64,000 nt of DNA from Azolla caroliniana (lineage: Eukaryota; Plantae; Polypodiophyta). The stretch's first letter is position 1, and each line of letters starts with the position of its first letter. The stretch covers positions 10,540,001-10,604,000 of the forward strand of contig JBHGNT010000007.1 of assembly GCA_043228905.1 (NCBI GenBank), written 5' to 3'. This document shows positions 26,801-39,876 of the stretch, piece after piece. The notes under the pieces were generated by a model. The model was not told the DNA's origin, searched no databases, and worked only from the letters and a program-made list of their open reading frames with translations. Position numbers and translations under genes: made by a program.

Positions 26801-29162
26801 CTCGAACTGCCCCCGGTATTCCCCTCCGTTATCCGCTCGTATCGTTTTCAGCTTCTTGCCGGATTCCCTTTCCACTCTCGCGTGGAGTTCTTTGAAGACG
26901 CACAACACTTGGTCCTTTGTCTTCAACGGTGCCGTCCACAGCTTCCGGCTGTGGTCATCAATGAATGTCACGAAGTACTGGGCTCCGCCATGTGACTTCG
27001 TATCTACTTGACACACGTCAGTGTGCACCAACTCCAATGGTGCGCTACGTCTCGTCGGTGGCCTTGAGTGGAAGGAGGTTCGGTTCTGCTTACCGGCCAG
27101 GCAATCGGTGCACTTCTCCAGGTGCACATGCTTCACTGGAATAAGGTTGTCTTCTGCAAGCCTCTTCATCCCCTTCTCACTCATGTGGCACAGTCTCTTG
27201 TGCCACAGCTCACCGACAGTGTCAGCTGCCACGTTCAGCTCCTCCGGACATAGCCGGGAATTCATCAGGTACAGTGTGTTGACCTTCCGGGCCCGAGCCA
27301 CTATCAGGCTCGCTTTGCTGAACTTCATGACACCGTTCCGGATGCTACCCGTGTAGCCTTCATCGTCTAGCCTCCCGGCCGAAATCAGGTTCAATCGAAC
27401 CTCCGGAACGTGTCGGACATCCTTCAGCAGCATCTTGCATCCGGTTGATGTCATCAGCCACACGTCTCCTATGCCGGCAATCCGGCATGTACCTTCATTT
27501 CCCATCCGGACACAGCCGTGCTCACCGGCTGTGTAGGATGAGAAGTATTTCTTCTCCGGGGTCAGGTGGAACGACGCTCCGGAATCGACCACCCAGGTCA
27601 TCTCTTCACCGGCAAGGTTCAGCTCCCTCTCTTCGGTAATGAGCATTATCTCTTCTTCACTTGCCGCGAGTGCCGTCGTTCATTTCCGGTCTTGCCCTCG
27701 CCGATCCGGACCTCTCCGGTCCGTGGCTCCCCGGTATGCACCGTTTCGCTCCGGTGACTTCTTCGAATCGGTACCGTCGGTTCCGTTGTCTTTTCGGAAA
27801 TGCCGACAGTTCTTCTAGAAGTGCCCTGGCTTCCCACAGTAGAAGCATGTAGGTCTTCCCCTTGACTGCGACCGTGTCCCCGACTTCTCCCGTCTTTGCG
27901 GACTCCGGTTCCGTTGTCTTCCCCGTTCCGATTCGGTAAGCAGCGCCTTCGAGTCGGAGGCCGGTTCTTTATCTCTCCGACGCGCTTCTTCATTTAGAAT
28001 ACTTGTCTTTACCGTTAGTAAAGACAAGTTCTCTTCCTTACAAGAGGTGCTGAGAGTAACTACCAAATTCTCCCAGCTCTCCGGAAGGGTACACATCAGC
28101 ATGATGGCTTGCATTGCGTCATCCAACGGGAACTTGATCGCCGCAAGCTGGTTCACGAGTCCCATGAACGTGCTGACGTGTTCGACCATGCTCTCGCCGT
28201 CCCGGTACTTAAGATTCACTATCTTCCTCATTAGGGAGGTCCGGGTCAGAGCATTCTTCCTCTCATACAGTCCGGACAGCTTCTGCCACATCTCATAGGC
28301 GTTCGTATCGTTCGCCACATGTTGCAGAACACTTACATCGACATATTGCCGGATCGTCGCTACGGCTTTCCGGTTCAGGAGCTTCCACTCCGACTCTATT
28401 ACTCCCTTGGGTATCTCGGCATTGTCGATCGGTTCGTACAGGTCTCGGACGATGAGAAGGTCTTCCATCTTTATCTTCCAGTCGGCGTAGTTCTGTGAGT
28501 TCAACACCATCATGCCCGGAGGCCCACTACCGCCGCCTTCCATTTTCTGTGTTACCGTCGCTCTGATACCACTTTGTTGCACACAGTGCTCGGCCACAAC
28601 CGATGAATAGTATCAACTCACAGAAAACAGGAAATATAAAATGCACGAAGACAATAGAGAGAAGAGTACACAAGGTGTTTTACGTGGAAAACCCTAAATG
28701 GGAAAAACCACGGGAGTCCTCAAACTCCAACTATCACTATACACAGAGATGTACAATGGTGAAGCTACAAGGCAACAACCTTGAGCTCACTGTCTTCGCC
28801 ACAGGCGGCGGTAATACACAGAGGCGTCGACCTCTTCCTTTCTCTCTCTCTCTCGGCTGCTCTCACTTCGCTCTCTCGGCTGAAAACATAAAATGAGCAA
28901 CAACAAAAAACTGTTTGCCCTAAGTCATATTTATACACATATGACTTTCGGGCTATTTACAAATATAGCCTCAAGGGCCCTTGGCAAACATATTCACAAA
29001 TATGTCCCCGCATCCGGATCTCTCTCCGGGTACATCCGTCATCCGGCTCCGTAGCTGGGGTCTTCATCATCCGGCTCCGATACCGGGTACTCCTCGTTCG
29101 GGTCTTCATTCCCGATTCCCGGACATCTGACCATCCCATCCGGAGGGACCGTAATCCCAACA
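23844..29162 (-). mobile_element. Full-length Tork/Tnt1-like copia T1
   Basis: LTRs 23844-24459 and 28575-29162; TSD CATCA (23839-23843, 29163-29167); iMet PBS; PPT AGGGGGAGTT. Confidence 0.97.
24470..28543 (-). pseudogene. T1 gag-pol polyprotein with two in-frame TAG stops
   Basis: ORF pieces 27815-28543, 24845-27646 and 24470-24820 share one frame. Stops fall at 27815-27817 (inside the CCHC knuckle) and 24845-24847. Closely similar to the intact 56456-60529 ORF. Confidence 0.93.
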
Positions 29163-30594
29163 CATCATAACCATTCTTTCTCCATGGGCATGCTCCAAAC
29201 CGCCTTGCCAACAACTGAGGAAACCCAGTTTCGGCAAGGATTGCAATGCATGACTTGTGCCAAGTCCAATCACTGGGCTATCGATTGCCCTCTATGACCA
29301 CACTGGTTCATCTACCATGAGTACATATGGTTGAGCAATGTGAGTACAACATGCTCAACTATACTAACTCGGTTCCAGTACAACAAATTGAGCCACGCCG
29401 CAATCGTTCGCAACAAGATGAGCGCCCACCACCACAGAATAGAGACGTTGAACAACCTTGGGAGGATGATCAGCTTGTTGAGAGACAAGCTCAACATTGG
29501 GTGCGTAAACGTAATGCAATACGTAGACTGGGTGCGTAAAACCGTATGCAAAATATAGTTGTGGCAGTGTTTAAACCGGAAGGCTGTTAGAATGTTATTC
29601 CTCGTAAGGAATAGTTTTGGGAGTTAGTGTAGAAGGCTCATTTAGAGAACATACAGAGAATTATTTGAATATAGTTTTGTATTTTGGCTCAGTCTTAGTC
29701 TCTATCTCTCCCTCTGTCTTTCTCTGTGATTTTTGTGTTCTACCGAACTGTCGTACTACCGAACCGTGTATTCTGTGTTTTTACGCATACGCTTCCGCAC
29801 ACGTTGTCGTAGTGTATTTTGTACACTACGTGAAAAATGTATAAAGTACCCAATTTAATAAATATGAAGAAAACGAAGAAAATATAAAAATATATATTAC
29901 ATGTATAGGGCAAGATTCAAACCTTGTACCTCCATGTTAATAATGTAAAGCCTTACCATTACACTAACATGTCATGATTGTTAAAAAAGTAGATATCCCA
30001 CATAGAAAGGTTATTTCACACATTTTCTAGGAAAAAAAAGCTTTAGTTAGAAGAAAAACGCATGATAGAAAAAAGCTACACATGCAAATTTAGCATGCAT
30101 GCACACTATAGTTGATAAAAATGCATGAGGTTAGAAAAAGCATGATCACTTTTAGAAGAAGCATGTTAGAGAAAGCATATAGTCTATAGATAGAGAAAGC
30201 ATGGAGTCGATAGTTAGAGAAAAGCATTGATTGCTAAGACTCTCTCATCACTATATAAGGATGGGGTGCACATGTAATAGGGTGTGAAATCTTTTGGAAA
30301 TTGGATATATATTTCTAAAAACACCAATTAATAAATTATATTCGTGAGATTCACGAAATAAACTATACTCGTGGGATTCACGAGGTTTCTATATCTCTAT
30401 CTTTCAATCCAAATTCATATTCTTATCTTAATATTGATTAATCTAATACAATATACTTGTGGGATTCATGAGTTTCAATCTCTCTTTAATCGATTCATAT
30501 TCATAACTAAACTCGTCTCAAATTCTTGGTCCTCCTAGTTCAAAACCCCGACGGTTCCCACTCGAGTCACGCAACGATCTAGCGCCGAAAGGTG

Positions 30595-31792
30595 TGTTGT
30601 GCCTTTCGGTGCCAAATCGTTGCGTGAGTCGGGTGGGAACCGCCGGGGTTCTGGACTAGGAGGAGGAAGAATTTGAGACGAGTATAGTTATGAATATTTA
30701 AGAAAGAGAGATAGAAACCTCGTGAATCCCACGAGTATAATGTGTTTTATTAGATTAATCAATATAAAGATAAGAATATGAATCTGTGGTAGTGTGCCTG
30801 CTTGGCGGCTTCCTCGTATTCACCGACCTCAATTGCTTCGACCTCCAGTTGAGTCGGATTAGCTTCTTTCTCGATCGGTCTCGTTTGATGGGTTTTCGGC
30901 TAGGTCGGCTTCCATCCGTATTCACGTTCGGCCGAATCGGATTCGGTTGATCGGTTTCGACTGAGTCGGCCCCCTTCCGGTTCGGGTTCGATAGATCAGT
31001 CTTGGTTTGGGTTGGTTTCCTTTTCCTCGATGTCGTTATCCATGGCTATCTCTTCAACTCCATAGGCTTCACACTCTTTGCCCTCCTCAATCGTGCAAGC
31101 ATCGATTATGCTTACCCCTTTTTCACTCGATGTTTCGAACACTCGTGTCCCGAAACCTTCTTCCACCCTTGAAGTGGCGTTCATTACTCTCAAGTCATCG
31201 GCCTTATCCTTGGCTATTGTTCTTTCACAAGACAAGAGGATAGCTTGTTGCACACCCTCTCTCATAGTACCATCAATTTGTATTTCGGCCTTCATATCGG
31301 CCACATCATTCATTCTCAATCGATCACCCCTCATGGACCATGTTGATGCTAACGAGATTCTTGTCTGCCTCTTATCATGTCTTCGTCATACTCTTTCAAC
31401 TTCAACCCAATCCTCGGTGAGGCCATTTGCACCGTCATCCTTTCTTTTCGATCGATCGATCTTACAAACATTAGGACTTTATCCATCCCCACCAATCGTT
31501 GTTCCCGCTCCGAGAGTTGAGAAAAATGATGCTCGAACTCTAGGAATGTTTGTGTCGTGCTTTGGTGGATCTTTGCCGAACTCGCGTCGATCTCGTCTCT
31601 TCAGTCTCTCATAATCATATGCCTCTCATAAAGCTTCTTCAAAGAACCCCATGTTGGGTTTTGTTGCCATATCTTGTAGATTCTCTCTTGTAACTCATCC
31701 GTGGCTACCCGATTGAAGGATATCACTTGCAATCCTTCCGGTATCCCACATCGCATCATCTCCGCCTTGTAGTCACGTAGATAACGTGACGT
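30595..31792 (-). mobile_element. Inverted, internally deleted family-G piece (gag-like fragment plus the last ~190 bp of an LTR)
   Basis: 30595-30783 is the reverse complement of the G LTR end. The minus frame near 31790 gives gag-like RYLRDYKAEMMRCGIPEGLQVISFNRV. Confidence 0.65.
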
Positions 31793-34700
31793 TGTCGTAG
31801 TGTGAATCACACACTACGTGAAATATGTAAAATACTATATCCGATTTAAAGTATGTATAATAAATAAAATTAAAAATTAAAAAAGTATTTATTACATGCA
31901 TAGGGCAGGATTTGAACCTTGTACCTCCACCTAGACAAACCCAAACCTTACCATTATACTAACTTATCCTTAGTGTTCTATAGATTTAATACCTATAAGA
32001 CCTTTATTTACGCCTAATAAAGGTAAGCCATGCATTTTTAGAGTGCGTGAATACTTTATTTATAAGAAATATGTAAACCAATAAAATATTACTCGTGCAC
32101 ATCTAGTGAGCATGAGCACTATATTTAGGAAATCAAAGCATAGTGTAAAAAGCAACTCATGCACATTTAGTGTGCATGAACACTTTAGAAAAAGCATAGA
32201 GTCTATCTATAGAAAAAGCATGGATTGTTAAGACTCTCTCATCAATATAAGGATGAGGAGCACAATGTAATAGGGGTGTGATTGGAAATTGGATATATTT
32301 CCTAAAACACCAATTAATAAAATATAATCGTGGGATTCACGAAGTTTTATATAATCTATCTCTTACAATCTATGATAAATTGTAATTAGGATTCTAAATA
32401 GTAATAAATCTAATAATCTATACTTGTGGGATTCACTGTCAGGAAACAGGTCCCTCCGGAGGGGATGTGAGAACCGGATGTGGAGTACCCGGCAATGGAA
32501 GACCCGGTGAGAACCAGATGTGGAGTACCCGGCAACGGAAGACCCGGTGAGAACCGGATGTTGCAGGCCCGATGAGAACCTCTCACCAATGAAGGGACAT
32601 ATATGTAAATATGTTTCAGAGAGCCCATTGGGGCTATATTTATAAATAGCCAGAAAGTCATATTAGTATAAATATGACCTAGGGCAAACGTAATAGTGAT
32701 GATGTAGAGTTATTTTGTGTAACTTCTGTACAGTGCATAAGAGAGGTAGAGAGAGCGATATACAGAGGTTGTTGCCTCTGTTGTAACCGCCTGGTGGCGA
32801 AGTGAGGGAGCAAGAGGTCGTTGCCTCTGTGCCCCATTGTTGTATTACTTTACATAGTGATAGTTTGCAGTCCGAGGGCTATCGTGGCTTTTCCCATATT
32901 TGGGTTTTCCATGGTAACATCCTGTGCACTCTCTTCTTTACTATTTCGTGCGTAGATAAATCTTCCCACATCCCTGTTTTCTGTGATTGATCCGACGTCT
33001 CGGTTGTGGCCGAGCATAGCATAGGGGAGCGTATTCCTGTCAAAGTGGTATCAGAGCGAAATGACAAAGAAAATGGACGATTCGTTGGGAGGCATTTTCA
33101 AGCTCACCGGCTCCAACTACTCAGTGTGGAAGTCGAAGATGAGGGACATGCTCGTGGTTAAAGATCTTTGGTTGCCGGTTCAGTTCGGGGACAAGAGACC
33201 GGACAAAATCGATGCCACGATATGGGAGGTGATGCACATGAAGACAATGGCGTACATACGGTGTTTCATCAACATGAGTCTATACAACAACTTCAATGAA
33301 GAGAGCAAGGCTCATGAGCTCTGGGAGAAGATCGACATTATGTTTCAAAACAAAAATGCTACTAATCAAGTTTCGGTATTTCGGAAGCTTGTAAGATTCC
33401 GGTACCAAGATGGCTCCAGCATGGCGGAGCACATGAATGTCTTCCAGGGGCAGATCCACCAGGCAACATCATTGGAAGTACCTCTCGCCGATGAGGTACT
33501 AGCACTACTCCTGCTCGGTTCCCTCCCAGATAGTTGGGAGACGTTGGTTGTCACTTTGGGCAACGCCGGGTCGGAAGGGAAATGGTTATCCCTAGCAAGA
33601 GTGAAATCGAGCTTTCTAGATGAGGAGGCGCGTCAGAAAGATAAGGATACGAGCTCCGACTCCAAAGCGCTCCTTACCGAATCGAAACGCGGAAGACAGG
33701 AACCGTAGTCCCCCGAACCGGGAGAAGTCGTGGACACGGTCAAAGTCAAGGGGGAGACCTACTTGCTTCTATTGCGGCAAGCCGGGACACTTCCAGAAGA
33801 ACTGTCGGCACTTCCGAAAAGACAAGGAAACCGACAGTACCGATTCGAAGCGGACACTGGACCGAAACGATAAAGACTAGAGCGGGCCGGACCGGAAGGG
33901 AACAACGGTGATCGTGGCAAGTGAAGAAGAGTTGATGCTCATCACCGAGGAGAGTGAGCTAAACCTTGCCGGCGACGAGATGACCTGGGTGGTCGATTCT
34001 GGAGCATCGTTCCACCTTACCCCGGACCGGAAATGCTTCTCATCCTACACAGCCGGTGATCACGGCTGTGTCCGGATGGGGAATGAAGGTACATGCCGAA
34101 TTGTCGGCATAGGAGACGTGTGGTTGACAACACCAACCGGATGCAAGATGTTGCTGAAAGATGTCTGACACGTTCCAGAGATTCTACTGAACCTGATATC
34201 AGCCGGTCAACTGGATGATGAAGGCTACATGGGTAGCATTCGGAACGATGTCATGAAGTTCAGCAAAGGGAGCTTGATAGTGGCCCGGGCCCGGAAAGTC
34301 AACACACTGTACTTGATGAATGCCCAGTTATGTCCGGAGGAAGTGAACGTGGCATCCGACACTACAAGTGAGCTGTGGCACAAAAGGATGTGTCACATGA
34401 GCGAGAAGGGGATGAAGAGGCTTGCAGACGACAACCTCATTCCAGTGAAGAACATGCACTTGGAGAAGTGCACTGATTGTCTGGCAGGTAAAAAAAACCG
34501 GACTTCCTTCCGATCGAGGCCACCGATGAGACGTAATGCACCACTGGAGTTGGTGCATACTGATGTATGTCAAGTGGACACGAAGTCACATGCCGGATCG
34601 CAGTACTTTGTGACGTTCATAGATGACCACAACCGGAAGCTGTGGGCCACACCGTTGAAGACGAAGGATCAGGTGCTATCCGTCTTCAAAGAGCTCCACG

Positions 34701-37700
34701 CGAGAGTGGAAAGAGAAATCGGCTGGAAGCTGAAGGCGGTTCGAGCAGATAACGGAGGTGAATACCGGGGGTAGTTCGAGGAGTATTGCCGCTTGAAGGG
34801 AATCCAGCTCGAATTTACCATGCCGAAGACGCCGGAACTAAACAGGCTGGCCGAGAGGTTGAATCAGACCATAATGGAGAGGGTCCGGAGTATGCTGGCG
34901 CATGCAAAATTACCCAAGAAGTTTTGGGCTGAGGCATTGTCGATGACAACATATATGATAAACAGATCACCCTCAGTACCCGTGGATGGAGACACGCCAC
35001 AGAGAGTCTAGACCGGTAAGGAAGTGTCCTACCGACATCTGAAGGTATTCGGGTGTCTCGCGTACGTGCATGTTGCTAAGGATCGGAGAGGAAAGTTGGA
35101 CCCAAAGACCCAACCATGCATACTCCTCGGATACGGCGATGATGAGTTCGGCTACCGAGTGTAGGATCCGGTTGACAAGAAGGTATTCCGGAGTCGAGAT
35201 ATTATCTTCATGGAGGACAAGACGCTCGCCGACTGGGAGTCGGAGAAGAAGATAATGAACTCCGAGTCGACCGGTAAGGATCAATTCTACGATGAGCAGA
35301 CCCAACCGGCAAGAGACCGGTTAGCACTCGATGAACCAGCCAATGATGGTAAGGAGACAAGATAGGCCGAAGAAGAAGGAATAGGTGAAACCGGAACCGG
35401 CCAAGACCCCGAATCAGATTCGGATGAAGAACAGATAGTGGAGCCGGTTACCGAAGGTCGAAGACGGAGATATCCTCTCAGAGAGAGAAGGGCCGCCCGA
35501 AGATTTCCAGATGCAGAGCATGTGCTGCTGACCGATGAGGGAGAGCCGGAAAGCTTCGAAGATGCGAAGGAAGACACCCACAACCGCAAATGGTTAAGTG
35601 CCATGCAGGATGAGATGGATTCCCTGCATGAGAACCATACGTACGAATTGGTGGAGTTGACGAAAGAAAAGCGGGCACTCCAAAACAAGTGGGTGTACAA
35701 GTTGAAACCGGGAGATGCCGGCAAGCCCCGGAGATACAAAGCCAGGATCGTGGTGAAGGGGTTCCAGCAGAAGAAGGGCGTGGACTTCGACGAGATATTT
35801 GACCCGGTAGTAAAGATGACCTCCATCCGGACGGTGCTCAATATAGCGGCAAGCATGGACCTCGAGGTGGAGCCGCTGGACGTGAAGATGACATTCCTTC
35901 ACGGTGACCTCGAAGAGGAGATCTACATGCAGCAACCGGAAGGATTCGTGGAGAAAGGGAAGGAGCACATGGTTTGCCGGTTGAAGAAGAGCCTATACGG
36001 ACTGAAGCAAGCTCCCTGACAATGGTACCGGAAGTTCGACTCCTTCAGGACAGATCAAAGGTACCACAAGACGCAGGCCGATCACTGCGTGTTTGTGAAG
36101 AAGTTCAAAGGAGGAAACTTCCTGATACTCCTTCTGTACGTAGACGACATGTTGATCGTTGGACGGGACCAAGCCAAAATACGGATGCTGAAGAAGGCTC
36201 TCAATCGAACTTTCGTAATGAAAGACTTGGGTCCGGCAAGACAGATGCTGGGGATGCACATCGTCCGGGACCGGTCAAAGAAGCAATTGTGGCTATCACA
36301 GGAGAAATACGTGACAAAGGTGCTTCAACGGTTCAACATGTTAGAAGCAAAACCGGTCGGATCGACACTCCCAGCAAACTGCAGACTATTCGGTAAGCAA
36401 AGCCCGAAGACGAAAGCAGAGAAGGCAGATATGATGAAGGTTCCATATGCCTCTGCCGTCGGGAGCTTAATGTACGCAATGGTGTGTACTCGATCGGATA
36501 TTGGATTTGCAGTCGGAGTGGTGAGCCGGTTTATGAGCAATCCCGGCAAGGAGCACTAGAACGCGGTCAAATGGATACTCCGGTACTTGAAGGGCACTTC
36601 GAATATGTGTCTCCGATTCGGCTCCGGTAAACCTCAACTTGACGGTTTTACCGATTCAACATGTCGGCTAATGTGGATACTAGCCGGTCTACATCCGGGT
36701 ATGTAATGACATATGCAGGGGGAGCTGTTTCGTGGCAGTCAAGGCTGCAGAAGACGGTTGCGTTGTCAACCACGGTAGCGGAGAACATGGCGGCTATGGA
36801 AGCCGGCAAGGAAATATTATGGATGAAGGACTTCATCAATGAGCTCGGTATCTGGCAAGATGAATACCGGCTCTATTGTGACCGTCAAAGTGCCATCCAC
36901 CTTGCTAAGAACGCAACGTATCATTCCAGGACGAAACACATCCAGCGTAGGTATCACTGGATCTGGGAGCGAGTAGAAGATCAAGAGTTCGCGCTAACGA
37001 AGATCCACACTGCCGAGAACTGGTCAGATATGCTGACCAAAGTATTGATACCCGACAAGTTGGATGCATGTCGGAAGTGGATTGGGCTAGTAAGACATCC
37101 CATGCCGGAGTGAAGGGGGAGTTTGTCAGGAAATAGGTCCCTCCGGATGGGAAGTGAGAACCAGATGTGGAGTACCCGGCAACACAAGACCCGGTGAGAA
37201 CCGGATGACGAGTATCCGACAACGGAAGACTCGGTGAGAACCGGATGTTGTAGGCCCGATGAGAACCTCTCACCGGATGAAGGGACATATATGTAAATAT
37301 GTTCTAGAGAGCCCATTGGGGCTATATTTATAAATAGCCCGAAAGTCATATTAGTATAAATATGACCTAGGGCAAACTTAATAGTGATGATGTAGAGTTA
37401 TTTCGTGTAACTTCTGTACAGTGCGTAAGAGAGGTAGAGAGAGCGATATATAGAGGTTGTTGCCTCTGTTGTAATCGCCTGGTGGCGAAGTGAGGGAGCA
37501 AGAGGTCATTGCCTCTGTGCCCCATTGTTGTATTACTTTACATAGTGATAGTTTGCAGTTCGAGGGCTGCCATGGTTTTTCCCATATTTGGGTTTTCCAC
37601 GTAAACATCCTGTGCAATCTCTTCTTTACTATTTCATGCGTAGATACATCTTCCCACATCCCTGTTTTCTGTGATTGATCCGACGTCTCGATTGTGGCCG

Positions 37701-37864
37701 AGCATAGCATAGGGGAGCGTATTCCTGTCATTCACAAGTTTCTATATCTCTTTCTTGTAATCTACTCATAACTAGATTAGCTTCAAATTTTTCCTCCTCC
37801 TAGTCCAAAACCCCAGTGGCTCCCTCCCGACTCACGCAACGATCTGGTGCTGAAAGGCACGACA
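31793..37864 (+). mobile_element. Family-G LTR-B (31793-32436 + 37736-37864) split by copia T3
   Basis: Starts tgtcgtagtgtgaatcacac, the same subfamily as 54013-54869, and ends gaaaggcacgaca. Confidence 0.85.
32437..37730 (+). mobile_element. Full-length degenerate Tork-like copia T3
   Basis: LTRs 32437-33042 and 37124-37730; TSD TTCAC; PBS TGGTATCAGAGCG at 33046; PPT before 37124. Gag-pol 33061-37113 has many stops and frameshifts. ~40-bp repeats in U3. Confidence 0.96.
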
Positions 37865-39876
37865 CATTTGGTGATAGTCGAAACGAAGGTGGCAATTCAC
37901 GAGACATGAAGGGTTAAGCTCAAAAGGAGCACAAGGAGTCATGACAACAGATAATGACCATGCAAAGAGTGCACAAAGAATATGATAGATCGGATGACGA
38001 CAATGGTTCGGGTGGAAAGAATGGATGTGCTCAAAATGGAGAGACAAAGTCGACATAGCGATAGAAATAGAGGGTATTATGGATGGAGAATAACGAGCTT
38101 CGACAATTTCGGCACATACCGGTGGATGTGCGGGTTCGGAGGGGGCGAGTGTCGTAATGTATTTCGTACACTACGTGAAAAAAGTATAAAGTACCCAATT
38201 TAATAAATATGAAGAAAACGAAGAAAATATATATTACATGCATAGGGCAAGATTCAAACCTTGTACCTCCATGTTAATAATGTAAAGCCTTACCATTACA
38301 CTAACACATCATAAGTGTTAGAAAAGCAGATATCCCACATAGAAAGGTTTTTTCCACGCATATTTTCTAGGAAAAAGCTTTAGTGAGAAGAAAAATGCAT
38401 GATAGAAAAAAGCTACACATGCACATCTAGCGTGCATGAACACTATAGTCGATAAAAATGCATGAGGTTAGAAAAAGCATGATCACTTTTAGAAGAAGCA
38501 TATTAGAGAAAGCATATAGTCTATAGTTAGAGAAAAAGCATGGATTGCTAAGACTGTCACATCACTATATAAGGATGGGGAGCACAATGTAATAAGGGTG
38601 TGAAAAATTTGGAAATTGGATATATTTCTAAAAAGCACAAATTAATAAATTATATTCGTGGGATTCATGAAAGAAACTATACTCGTGGGATTCACGAGGT
38701 TTCTACATCCTTCTCTTTCAATCCAAATTCATATTCTTATCTTAATATTGATTAATCTAATAAAATACATTATACTCGTGGGATTCACGAGGTTTTTATA
38801 TCTCTTTCTTAAAATCTATTCATAACTAGATTTGTCTCAAGTTTTTCCTCCTCCTAGTCCAAAACCCCAACGGTTCCCACCCGACTCACGTAACAATCCG
38901 ACGCCGAAAGGCACGACAACATATTCTTTTACATGGTTTCAGAGCGCGAGGGTTGAGACTCCTCTACAACTGACATAAAAGCTTGCGATAAAGACAGAGT
39001 TAAGTTATTTTTCTTCGGAAAGGATAAGACAGCAATATGGACAAAGGAATGGTAAGCTCGCTACCGATTGAGAAGCTTGACAGGAGCAACTATGCATCTT
39101 GGTCGTACAAGATACACCAGTACCTGCTTGGTCATGGTTACTGGAGTTATGTCGAAGGAGCTAACGATACAAAACCTGAATCGACACAGAGAGATTTTTA
39201 GGCTTGGGAACAAGCGGCAAGTAGAGTTCTTTACTGCTTCGCGTCTTGTGTGAGCGACTAGCTCTTGAGCTATATTCGGGATGCTAAAATGTCAAAGGAC
39301 GCGTGGGCAAATCTCAAGAGGATTTTCGCCGCTAGCACAACGGCCATGAAGCTGCAACTCAGGTAGGAGCTCAGCAATGTCCGACAGAAAGATCTGTCTG
39401 AGGCTGATTACACAACCCGAATCAAGGAGATCGACGACTCTCTCGCCTCCGTCAACATGAACGTCGAGGAGGACGAAATGGTGCAGGTTGGTCTTGGTGG
39501 TTTAGCGTCAAAGTTCAGAGCATTCCGGATGGTAGTCTGCACAAGGGAGATTATGCCTTCGTTCTTCGAGCTTCAATCGATGTTGCTCGTAGAGGAAAAT
39601 CTCGTGGGTGCGTCGATGAGTACACACATCGACAACAAGATGTTGTACACGGACGAAGATAGGCCCCGTAGTCGTGGCGGACGAGGCGGATCGGCGCGCA
39701 ATGGAGGCAGCCGAAAAGAGCAGAATGTGTGGCATAATCGAAATGCCAAAAGCAATTCCGTACCCTCCGAAAGCAGGGGGAGTCATAGCAACGCCAGAAG
39801 TCGGCAAGAGAAGGCCATAACGGAATGTTGGTATTGTGGCAAGAAAGGCCACAGGGAGAGCGAGTACTGGAAGAAG

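Larger units (their letters stand above)
29805..38918 (+). mobile_element. Gypsy family G composite: LTR-A 29805-30594 and LTR-C 38150-38918 with nested pieces
   Basis: TGTCGT...ACGACA termini; A and C are the same subfamily. Flanks are ACGT/ACAT. PPT GAGGGGGCGAG at 38139-38149. Confidence 0.8.
29476..39876 (+). mobile_element. Truncated copia C3 (C1/C2 family): split 5' LTR, PBS, gag
   Basis: The LTR starts tgttgagagacaagctcaac (29476), runs to 29804, and resumes at 38919-38933. PBS TGGTTTCAGAGC at 38934. Gag LPIEKLDRSNYASW...CWYCGKKGHRESEYWKK ends at a deletion junction ~39876. Confidence 0.85.

Noticed and set aside
27815-27817. TAG after gag as programmed read-through
   Set aside because: It lies inside the CCHC knuckle and is a sense codon in T2 and T3, so it is a nonsense mutation.
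24575-28298. Many + strand ORFs opposite copia pol (also 56394-60476)
   Set aside because: Antisense shadows of a GC-rich coding frame, with no independent motifs.
37865-37885. TGGTGATAGTCG as the family-G PBS
   Set aside because: I cannot match it to a tRNA 3' end beyond the first few bases.
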